Shown here in pieces: positions 17,801 through 24,194 of a stretch of 24,767 bases of DNA. This DNA is from a virus (taxonomy: Duplodnaviria > Caudoviricetes), in the IMG/VR virus record IMGVR_UViG_3300005837_000615, positions 1-24,767 of that record. The stretch is one strand, 5' to 3'. The notes under the pieces were generated by a model. The model ran no database searches. It was not told where the DNA came from and saw only the letters and a list, made by a program, of their open reading frames with translations. The translations under genes and the position numbers were made by a program. Within the stretch, counting starts at the first letter, position 1. The number at the start of each line of letters is the position of its first letter.

Positions 17801-18849
17801 GAGATTGTGATGATTTTAACGACAGTACTGAAGGTTGTTGTGACCCACTAGCTTGCAACTACGACTCTACAGTAGATACTTGTTTGTCTAGCAGATGTGA
17901 ATACTGCTGTGATGGGTCAGAGGACTGCTCTGATGATGTCACAGAGGATGAGTGCGAAGACCTAGACGGAAACATAATTCCAGACTGTGAAATACCAGAG
18001 TGTCCTGATCCCAACAACCCTATATGCTCAGAGCCTCCTGTTGATCCCTGCCCTAATGGTGAGTGTGGCGGACCTCCTGTAGCAGAATGTGTTATTCTTG
18101 GAAACTGCCCAGAAGGATTTGGTGATGACGGCGGTGGTGACCCAACCGTAATCTTTGAAGAGGAAATCGTCGAGGAAATATACTGTGAGCCTAACTTAGG
18201 ACAGAGTGGATCGTTTGGAGAAGTACAGCGGGCAGCTATGACATGTTCCGCAAATGAGGGAAGCAAGCTTTTGTTTAAGATAAGATCTGGTGTAAAGCAC
18301 GATCGTACTGATCTGATCAAGCTTGAGATGATAAACTACTTGTTTAACAACTCCATCAACCTTACATGTATAAATAGCTGCGATAACACTCGTGATCCAA
18401 AGGCACTGGCAAAGGGCATCAACAAGATATCCTGCGTAGATAATTGGAAGAGAGGAAACAAGCAGGTATGGACACCAACGAGTACTTATGCAAAAGGCAC
18501 CGTTGTTGCAATTATTTACAACGAGGTGGGAGTTAGAAAGAAGAGGTACTACAGAGCTGTAGACAATGTATCTGCAGGAGATGTAAGACCGGATTCTACT
18601 ATATCAAACATAAATGTGTCTAAGTGGGCACCATGTGTCGATACAAGAGGCAAGATGGCCCCAGCAGGACAAGAGAGACCCTATGTATACACGTTCTTTG
18701 AGTTTATGACTAAGTACTGTGAACAATGTTCCATCTACTCAGACCCGACTCAGGGAGAAACCCCCGCAAAACAAAAATCAAGACAACCTACAGTTAATCA
18801 AACTTCAGGTCTTGTAGATGAAAACGGGAATGAAATAAAACTATTCTAA
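11845..18849 (+). CDS. Giant acidic, Cys-rich virion or adhesin-like protein (2334 aa)
   Basis: Uninterrupted 7-kb ORF, rich in G/T/D/S/N. Contains four GC-x-D/E-xx-A/S-x-NY/F repeats, a Cys/Asp-rich stretch, and a C-terminal CBM5/12-like motif inside a Cys-containing helical domain. No signal peptide is evident. Confidence 0.75.
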   Translation: MSSGKLYYVLPSKIGLDVVIGGATAASTTVFAPHKVLPDHNGGKLVELTGNGTNIAAGVKTLDPLNLYYETIVGVVPKRIYSPLLGSASITLTEGNMDDYIQEIDYRYLDNGHRAISIVYKSGAFSMTTNSYPELKMIEFDILFTNPKIPEGNDSFARGRTPTQTSQTVRQYIVPAKYVDGVDAGDSGFEFDYTQMFDFSEIPFSRGTGEPKRADKNFGGIKLTNGGTDKGCLHFDTYSYTDHKWDSDFTLRPTGAGKGFFSVSPLFPNIDGFDYADTNSYLTVSLDDDNPIAIETGLTSVKTNSNTFNYRINQTSRAGYGMGAIGSGQIDGGSIGKLINPLGDIQFHTDDVDDLYKLGNHCYRTITWMDYHLTGFSGQNITDYNGDLFELPPQHFTEWFTDPCHPTELKDASLGSIETGIAQGVKNYPFGWFGSSIGTGQPTAVKERASAFFTQNNKARRQDDTVDYTGRMFDGMIYAVSRKDGASFSSVAFDTNIGNGMDIRDTPNGLGVLTNVALNLMEYQKENTNVLLSEFIFNYAAPPSNTEITTGNLMALGMLTPQDLISNYLNSSHGFFLWPGGSDENNRLLGYLLGSTNSNLSAATASSSNFATSNPLSNGGGIAIDKLDQTDFGGTIIKGLPYHIYVSGFDAFDYGGVSTHQDPVINDAGSNVDSTISNPFGAATININLNDGVKPYMIGESDDTGDKPSFVIDSQRVKVGGKGGMGTGPSDGYVPSSIEYFEKTITRNGVELSRIGIGAVKTSPTTLIALRSGAQEADGLPTLDRNSTFWGGALSDTNEFNQIEPLPLGQRPAGCLQDVIGSSGAVISAAWTAPFNNLFEFERISYNDALGILTNGSRAHEYSGSRRKTYLRGCMQPIKEMNPASGTATRLRMLIDPQVTNTTEIVSEVKFEYFYPAGNSELVIPPSTIFTEADGVGIAFSDTGIADQAITSAANGVEVSDFAQTWDCGCDNDIANYEASTSTDALSVADASDVFAYKYTPGRNHFDDSFYTENSFPTLSAPQAGDAEGEGNTFSPNTSTTAFSGNGTFTQANGTQKLTLLLTASGSQALDRPYVDVNSSNFNWDSRQIFDSSGYGIDANSEANSHDNEYLTDGGEEPTRHSEIYVTPKNKTTSTVQMGLESAVNKAGNVFKMGEVFEFVTLGAQVVPGGGEGGDVPGCTEEDSLNYDPIATVDDDTCVTCEADDLVGTSAPDVEPLIGNYTNALIGPLAAITSANTPFDMGPWYNNGNYQEGTWNQGQIGNAFNHWGPSLNAAVTYSADAEGIVVPFGPAWDALSVDPAAIYTQFKFEHTVSVGDMGPIGGLITDQTSDLEPLAWTLEIYKIEQWDGSALGWNYDQWEDTPNNFTGEDTPVSGSPIGTMTNQGTALAPKFASYTIGATGTSDNANTFNFNTVDILNDPHAQTYLQPAKHYVAVLRLDVSTLIGGLTSPVLGDCRRNYAFSFNFWNLVCGCDIINSPTYAGRFFDYPWSGAIPFPAGYTSIGACNTGTAQSRRIKKKTTDDNGFCAPIPPEFSCDSFIDACVHTTSFDCVPDPGETTSTITGTIEIDVFGAYTNNADGDQYQFVLGTELFTFNIYVVNQEYANPTTSVLGANALQEVIEVTSEADYNSYGVDPYNVADSPLHIVLDIVGAGEYFVYIAQTNQFSFQVDAAGNPIVCEPILIGGAGIDASVNGETECPETIVGCLDAAAINFDCACDNASEGPCNDGVTVDNRDCCIYVDCDNVYLDGEIGAVTTENTRLLCVETDLADGDTINTLLDTTSGAITVDTFDGTVSGGEVTGTFIMGVFAVVNGNTGAATSNILNLVENSATAFDTTRTEPIVAPGTAGPLGLLMGFSALGDPILTTGTVLAAGQYVVMMVNNYQAVLDESCSGVGFIDNFNAIDQVVVGTTIDYTDCPTPCNDQTNPADCPDIVGGCTDENAENYNPLADYNDGTCNYADSDPCDAGEDEVGCEDCDSAAASGLVTFRDCDDFNDSTEGCCDPLACNYDSTVDTCLSSRCEYCCDGSEDCSDDVTEDECEDLDGNIIPDCEIPECPDPNNPICSEPPVDPCPNGECGGPPVAECVILGNCPEGFGDDGGGDPTVIFEEEIVEEIYCEPNLGQSGSFGEVQRAAMTCSANEGSKLLFKIRSGVKHDRTDLIKLEMINYLFNNSINLTCINSCDNTRDPKALAKGINKISCVDNWKRGNKQVWTPTSTYAKGTVVAIIYNEVGVRKKRYYRAVDNVSAGDVRPDSTISNINVSKWAPCVDTRGKMAPAGQERPYVYTFFEFMTKYCEQCSIYSDPTQGETPAKQKSRQPTVNQTSGLVDENGNEIKLF
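15376..17898 (+). repeat. Dispersed protein repeats of the GCTDxxAxNYxPxAxxDDGxC type within the giant ORF
   Basis: GCTEEDSLNYDPIATVDDDTC (15376-15438), GCLDAAAINFD (from 16948), GCTDENAENYNPLADYNDGTC (17644-17706), GCCDPLACNYDSTVDTCLSSRC (17833-17898). Confidence 0.8.
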
Positions 18850-18850
18850 G

Positions 18851-20374
18851 ATGGCGCAAAGAGCTAAAGACTTAAGTAAGAAAACCAAGAGCAGTACTAC
18901 AACTGATGAAGTGCTTATTGTTCAGAATACAAAGACCAATAAAGCAAGTCAGTTCCCACTGGATGACGTGTTCCCAATGCTACAGGATGGATCTACCAAC
19001 AGTGGCAGCAAGTCCTTGGGCTCCGCCCTGGGAACAACTGCTCCAACGTCCCTCTTTGTAGGGGGAGGGTTTGGTAGTAGCATTACCGGCAGCGATAAGA
19101 ACACATTGATATTTAAAGGTATTCGTTCAAACGATACTGTATTAGAGGTAAAGAATGAGGTTCTTAGCGCAGACGCAACAAAGACCAATCTTGTACTTGA
19201 CTTCAATCAAGCTCAGCTTGATCTGAGCACCTGCGACAACACGACTTCAGGGTTCCTCTCACAGGCTACGCTGAGTAATTCAGCTCATGTAACAGGAACG
19301 TTGCCAGTAGCCAATGGTGGTACAAATTCAACTTCGTTTCCAGACAAGTCCGTGGTTATTACGCAGGACTCAGGAACTGATAGAATTTCTGGAGTAGCAA
19401 TGTCTACAAATGGGCAACTCCTAATAGGGGGTACATCAGGACCTGCAGTGGCAACACTTACCGCTGGTACAAATGTCGCCATTACAAATGCAGACGGAGC
19501 TATTACAATTGCTTCTAGCATTGGGACTATAAGCTCAACCCTGGATACCTCAAACAACAACATTGACTTGGGCACAGGGTGGCTGAGTGGTGATGGTACA
19601 GCAGAGGGAGTCAATATAGATTCTGCGGGTCAGGTATTTATTGGAGCAGGTAACCCAACAGCATACTTTACAACTGACCTGAATGTCAATGGTAGTGTGT
19701 CTCTTGGTACATCAACAGGCAACGAGTCTATAACGGTATTAGCCAAGCCCTGCACTTCTGGTGTAACTCAACCAGTTCTTATTGGGGGATCTAACGCAAG
19801 TGGTACAGGCAATGCTGGTGGCGCCATGATATTGCAGGCTGGAAACGGCGATGGCAATGGAGGTGGTGGATCACTGACACTTCAGGGAGGTGTAAAGGCT
19901 GGTAGTGGCACAGATGGAGATGTTCTTATTAAAACTGGTGCATCTGGTAGTTTAACTACAGCCTTGACTGTAGATGAAAACCAAGATGTTACTGTCAATG
20001 CTGGTAGCTTGATTGTGACTGCGGCTACTGAAGGTATCGTGCACACAGGCAGTGGAACTGTTACTCAAGCAACTAACCATACTACAGGTGTAACCATTAA
20101 TGCTACTTCTGGCGTAATACAGCTAGCAGCTGTTGCACTCAATGCTGCAACAAATGCAGAATTTACTGTAACAAACAGTACTGTACAAGCCGACTCAGTT
20201 ATTATCTTAACAGTGCAGGACGAGAATACAACAAATAACGCTCAGCTCACAGCATGCACACATACTATAGCTGGGGGCAGTTTCAAGATTTCAGTGTTTA
20301 ACCCCGCAGCTACAGGAGCTACTTCTGCTACAGCAAGTAAGATTCACTTCTTGATTATAAATAATTCTGTGTAA
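18851..20374 (+). CDS. Fibre protein, tail or head fibre (507 aa)
   Basis: G/T/A/S-rich. Contains the phage fibre motifs VTGTLPVANGGT and TNGQLLIG..GP..ATLTAG.N..ITN..GAITI, glycine-rich 'AGG...LQAG.G..GG...L.GG' turns, and a C-terminal beta domain 'GTVTQAT..TTGVTINA.SGVI'. Confidence 0.75.
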   Translation: MAQRAKDLSKKTKSSTTTDEVLIVQNTKTNKASQFPLDDVFPMLQDGSTNSGSKSLGSALGTTAPTSLFVGGGFGSSITGSDKNTLIFKGIRSNDTVLEVKNEVLSADATKTNLVLDFNQAQLDLSTCDNTTSGFLSQATLSNSAHVTGTLPVANGGTNSTSFPDKSVVITQDSGTDRISGVAMSTNGQLLIGGTSGPAVATLTAGTNVAITNADGAITIASSIGTISSTLDTSNNNIDLGTGWLSGDGTAEGVNIDSAGQVFIGAGNPTAYFTTDLNVNGSVSLGTSTGNESITVLAKPCTSGVTQPVLIGGSNASGTGNAGGAMILQAGNGDGNGGGGSLTLQGGVKAGSGTDGDVLIKTGASGSLTTALTVDENQDVTVNAGSLIVTAATEGIVHTGSGTVTQATNHTTGVTINATSGVIQLAAVALNAATNAEFTVTNSTVQADSVIILTVQDENTTNNAQLTACTHTIAGGSFKISVFNPAATGATSATASKIHFLIINNSV

Positions 20375-20404
20375 CTTTAAGTAAACCATTAAATACATTT
20401 TACT

Positions 20405-20809
20405 ATGACGAAAGTCGAAGCAACCAACCGTGAATTTCTTGATCTCTTTAGAGGTCTTGAATCAGTTAAACAAATCAAAGGAGCACGTTTTGCAGTGCTC
20501 GTTGGTAAGAATCTTAAGGAACTGAGGCACCACCTCGAGCCCATTGAGAAAGCAGCAGTCCCAACTATAAAGTTCCAAGAAGTATCTGTACAGATGCAGG
20601 AACTCGCAGACAAGGAGGACAAGGAAGCTATGATCAAGCTCGAGGAGGAGAACACAGATTTGATTGAAGAAAGGAAAGTTCAACTCGCTGCTGTAGAGGA
20701 TATGCTCGAAGAGCCAGCAGAACTCTTCCTACACGTGATCAAAGAAGCTAAGCTTCCTGAAGAGATTACCGGTGAGCACATTGAAAAGCTCATTAAAATT
20801 ATAGAATAA
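20405..20809 (+). CDS. Hypothetical helical or coiled-coil protein, possibly a fibre-associated chaperone (134 aa)
   Basis: E/K-rich helical sequence with 'RFAVLVGKNLKEL'. Follows the fibre gene after an A-rich leader. The function is inferred only. Confidence 0.55.
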   Translation: MTKVEATNREFLDLFRGLESVKQIKGARFAVLVGKNLKELRHHLEPIEKAAVPTIKFQEVSVQMQELADKEDKEAMIKLEEENTDLIEERKVQLAAVEDMLEEPAELFLHVIKEAKLPEEITGEHIEKLIKIIE

Positions 20810-21210
20810 TGCCCTCAATAGTTACAAGACTTAGTATACGGTCTAAAAACCTATTCACCAACGGAATTACTGGTCGTTACGACAAAGTAACATCTGTTGG
20901 TCAGGATGCAGATAGGCGAGTAAGAACGATTAAAGAAGCCTCTGGTGCACCTGCAACTCTTATAGATGCTACTGATTACCACAGTGCTGGCACTGAAACA
21001 GTGTTTATGTTTATCAAAAACCTCACTGGTACGGCTAATAAGTTCTTGTACATTAAGATAGGAAGCCAGATTGCGTTTAAGCTTAAGCCCAATGGGTACA
21101 CTATCTTTCCTTGGTACGTAAACAGTGGAAGTACTGATATTATGATCTACTCAAACGACGCCTCAACTGGTGTTAAGGTGGAGTACTTCGCATCTAAGGA
21201 AAGCACGTGA
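20809..21210 (+). CDS. Hypothetical small beta-sandwich protein, likely structural (133 aa)
   Basis: TAATG overlap with the previous stop. Alternating beta pattern 'VFMFIKN...FLYIKI...KLKPNGYTIFPW...VKVEYF'. Confidence 0.6.
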   Translation: MPSIVTRLSIRSKNLFTNGITGRYDKVTSVGQDADRRVRTIKEASGAPATLIDATDYHSAGTETVFMFIKNLTGTANKFLYIKIGSQIAFKLKPNGYTIFPWYVNSGSTDIMIYSNDASTGVKVEYFASKEST

Positions 21211-21647
21211 TGGCTGATCGTAAGAAAATAAAAGATACCCTCCTTGGCAAATGGTTGGCGGAAAAGGCACCTAATGTACTTGGTACAGTGGGTGACCTTC
21301 TCCCCGACAAAGGAGCTCTTGGTGTCGTAAAGAACCTCTTGGACAAAGAGCCAGGGGTTGATCCAGCTGAAGCAAAAGCTAAGATAGATGCTGAGATAGC
21401 ATTCCAAAACAACGTTACTGAACGTTGGAAGGCTGATATGGGAAGCGACGTTAAACTCGCTAAGCTTATCAGGCCTGTTACACTTATTGCACTTATGGTC
21501 ATGTTCATGGCTACTATGGTTGCAGATAGTATGGACGGGTGGCCTTTCAATGTAAAAGACTCCTATGTCTCTCTGCTGGAAATACTGATGCTTACAGCAT
21601 TCGGTGCATACTTCGCAGGCAGAACTATAGAGAAGGCTAAAAAGTAA
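21210..21647 (+). CDS. Holin-like membrane protein, resembling the 3TM/GTA holin family (145 aa)
   Basis: 'ERWKADMGSD..LAKLIRP' followed by two hydrophobic helices and 'FGAYFAGRTIEK'. The TGATG overlap favours ATG 21210 over GTG 21207. Confidence 0.72.
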   Translation: MADRKKIKDTLLGKWLAEKAPNVLGTVGDLLPDKGALGVVKNLLDKEPGVDPAEAKAKIDAEIAFQNNVTERWKADMGSDVKLAKLIRPVTLIALMVMFMATMVADSMDGWPFNVKDSYVSLLEILMLTAFGAYFAGRTIEKAKK

Positions 21648-21663
21648 TGTACAAACCAAACAC

Positions 21664-22800
21664 ATGACCGTAAATGAAATAAAAGATTTCCTGGCTGAGA
21701 AGCATGGATATCTTAAAAAGAGTGCTGACGTACTATCTGAGAGACTTAATTGCCCGATTGAAGATTGTGAGACAGCACTCTACGAAGCCAGAAAGTTGGC
21801 TCGTAACACAGAAGACAACGATAACGATAGCAATAACGTTATCAATGAATTCGAACAGTTCCTTGACAAAAACGGCATCAGCCAGTCTGATGTATCTAGC
21901 GTAAAGTTCTGGCAGACGGTGTCTGGACAGCAGCGATTCTCCGTCGTTACTAAGGGAGAGTCAATGAGTGTTGAATCGATTAAACAAGAGATTGAACAAT
22001 TCGCGGCAACCTATAGCCCCAGTGCTCCTAGGAAGCCTCGTAAACCAATTATTGATCCTGTAGCATATGAGATATCACTACCCGACATTCACTACGGTAA
22101 ACTTCATGACTTGAACCTGACACAGGTTGAAGACGAATACATGATTGCCGTGCAAGATCTAGTACGCAAGGCATCAGGACTTGGTATAGAAAGGTTCATA
22201 CTCCCAATCGGCAACGACGGAATGAACTCAGAAGGTATGAGAGGTACAACCACTAAAGGGACTCCACAACAGGACTCCGGAGGGTGGAAGGATACTTTCA
22301 GGGGATACTGGCAACTGATGACTACAGCAATAGACTTCTTGAAAGAGAAGGCTCCTGTAGATATCATTGTCATATCAGGTAACCACGACTACGAGCGCAT
22401 GTTCTATGCAGGAGATGTGCTCGCAGGATGGTACAGGAATGATGCCGATGTTACTGTGGATAACAGCTACAGTTCTCGCAAGTACTACGAGTACGGCAAG
22501 AACATGTTGATGTTTACTCACGGCGACAAGGAGAAGCCTGCAGACATGCCACTCATTATGGCGACTGAAAACCCAGAAATGTTTGCGCGTACATCACACC
22601 GTGAGGTACACTGTGGGCATCTTCACAAAGAAATGGTGAATGAGTACAGAGGTATCAAAGTACGCTTCATACCATCTATTTGTCCTAACGATGAATGGCA
22701 CAAGCAGATGGGGTACGAGGCTAAACGAACAGGGCAAGCATATATATGGAATAAGTTCAAAGGACTTGAAGGCTATTTACAGACAAATGTTAGAATTTGA
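21664..22800 (+). CDS. Calcineurin-like metallophosphoesterase with an N-terminal HTH-like extension (378 aa)
   Basis: All five metal-binding motifs are present in order: DIHYG, GND, GNHD, THGD, GHLH. Confidence 0.88.
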   Translation: MTVNEIKDFLAEKHGYLKKSADVLSERLNCPIEDCETALYEARKLARNTEDNDNDSNNVINEFEQFLDKNGISQSDVSSVKFWQTVSGQQRFSVVTKGESMSVESIKQEIEQFAATYSPSAPRKPRKPIIDPVAYEISLPDIHYGKLHDLNLTQVEDEYMIAVQDLVRKASGLGIERFILPIGNDGMNSEGMRGTTTKGTPQQDSGGWKDTFRGYWQLMTTAIDFLKEKAPVDIIVISGNHDYERMFYAGDVLAGWYRNDADVTVDNSYSSRKYYEYGKNMLMFTHGDKEKPADMPLIMATENPEMFARTSHREVHCGHLHKEMVNEYRGIKVRFIPSICPNDEWHKQMGYEAKRTGQAYIWNKFKGLEGYLQTNVRI

Positions 22801-23071
22801 CGACATAGACGATGATGATTTCGTCTCCTCCGTAGAAGAGGAGATTGAGATCTTAGACGAGGCATATCGCAATGCGTATGCTATCGCCACAGGTAGAGTA
22901 TCTGTGACTGAGCTCCTATCCAAGAGCCCGGACATGATATTCCTACCCTTCGATCCTTCTGCTCCTGAGACATTCAGGATGGTCATTGACGATATAATAA
23001 AGTACTTTGAAGAGAACGAAGAATACGAAAAGTGTGCTGAGCTAATCAGTGCGAAAGAAAAGCATCAATGA
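22787..23071 (+). CDS. Small acidic protein with a C-terminal UVR-like (UvrB/C) motif (94 aa)
   Basis: ATG 22787 overlaps the end of the phosphoesterase gene and is preferred over 22640. C-terminal 'YFEENEEYEKCAEL'. ATGA overlap with the next gene. Confidence 0.65.
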   Translation: MLEFDDIDDDDFVSSVEEEIEILDEAYRNAYAIATGRVSVTELLSKSPDMIFLPFDPSAPETFRMVIDDIIKYFEENEEYEKCAELISAKEKHQ

Positions 23072-23730
23072 CCCTAGATGAGATTGCATACAACATTCTA
23101 AACCTGCTCCGAGGAGGTAGGTCTAGCAATGACGAGCTTATATCTATCGAACAGATAAAGTTCAACATCAAGCACTATCGTGCTATGTTCATACGTAGAG
23201 ACTATGCTAGAAACGGCTATGTCTCCAACCACCTTGAGCAGGACTTGGGGTGTATAGACCTAGAACGTGTTGACGCAAGCAAGTGCTGCAATCTCCCACA
23301 GGACTGTCCAGTCTACAGGACCAAACGAAAGTTACCTAAGACTGTAAGGTTCAACTTATCTGATGCATTTACCTTCATAGGTAAACCCAATGGGACAGGT
23401 ACTATACCTAAGATAGAAGCTTACGAGATAGAGTTTCTTCCGTACGATAAATATACTTCTAGGCATACTAAATATTACATCATTGATGAGTATATTTACG
23501 TATACGAACCTAAGGGGTTAGAGGCAATTAATATTAGGGGGGTATTCGAAGACCCTGAGGCTGTATCAAACTTTGCTACATGTGATGATGGGGATTGTTA
23601 TGATGAATACTCTGACTTCCCACTCCCCATGGATATGGTGTCTGCTATAACAGCCGGAATGGCAGCAGGCGAACTGGCACTCCTATCTGGGGGTGTTAAT
23701 GATACAACTAACGATAGACAACAAGACTAA
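23068..23730 (+). CDS. Tail ring or tail tubular protein, crAss-like (220 aa)
   Basis: 'MTLDEIAYNILN', 'QIKFNIKHYRAMFI', 'QDLGCIDLERVD', 'INIRGVFEDP', 'FPLPMDMV' and 'ND..ND' match the crAss ring protein usually found upstream of the muzzle gene. Confidence 0.82.
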   Translation: MTLDEIAYNILNLLRGGRSSNDELISIEQIKFNIKHYRAMFIRRDYARNGYVSNHLEQDLGCIDLERVDASKCCNLPQDCPVYRTKRKLPKTVRFNLSDAFTFIGKPNGTGTIPKIEAYEIEFLPYDKYTSRHTKYYIIDEYIYVYEPKGLEAINIRGVFEDPEAVSNFATCDDGDCYDEYSDFPLPMDMVSAITAGMAAGELALLSGGVNDTTNDRQQD

Positions 23731-23732
23731 TT

Positions 23733-24194
23733 ATGGCTAATACAACAACAGACAGGCTCTTAGAGAGGTTAGGCACTAAACAGGACGCAGCTAACACAAG
23801 CCTGGCAACTATACAAACTGATGGGGCAGCATCTAAAAGCTCTAACAACACCACTCAGTCGGAAGTAACTCAGCACAACGCAAGAGCTTTTGGACAGAGT
23901 GGATGCATCCTGGTTACAGGAACTGCAGCATGCACTGCTACAGCCGGATCAGGTTCTTTGAAGTTTGTAGCTATACAATTCCTTGAAGACACTGTGTTTG
24001 ATTCAGGATCAGGAGGCTTGGTAGCTACCACTGAGAACTTGTACCTCGATGATGCAGGTACAGGCGCGGGAGTTGCTTCAGGAGGTGGTGGTGCAGCTAT
24101 TGATGGTGTTACCTTCCCAAAGGGAATGACCTTGTACGGTAGATACGACGGCTTTAAGTTGGCATCAGGTAAAGTAGTAGCATACTTGGGATGA
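23733..24194 (+). CDS. Small structural protein, putative spike-base-like jelly-roll (153 aa)
   Basis: N-terminal helical segment plus a C-terminal beta domain 'FVAIQFLEDTVF...TFPKGMTLYGRYDGFKLASGKVVAY'. ATGA-coupled to the LamG gene. Confidence 0.6.
   Translation: MANTTTDRLLERLGTKQDAANTSLATIQTDGAASKSSNNTTQSEVTQHNARAFGQSGCILVTGTAACTATAGSGSLKFVAIQFLEDTVFDSGSGGLVATTENLYLDDAGTGAGVASGGGGAAIDGVTFPKGMTLYGRYDGFKLASGKVVAYLG

Noticed and set aside
22640-22786. N-terminal extension of the 143-aa ORF as listed in the track
   Set aside because: It overlaps the phosphoesterase C-terminal coding region. ATG 22787 gives a typical short overlap and a coherent acidic protein.
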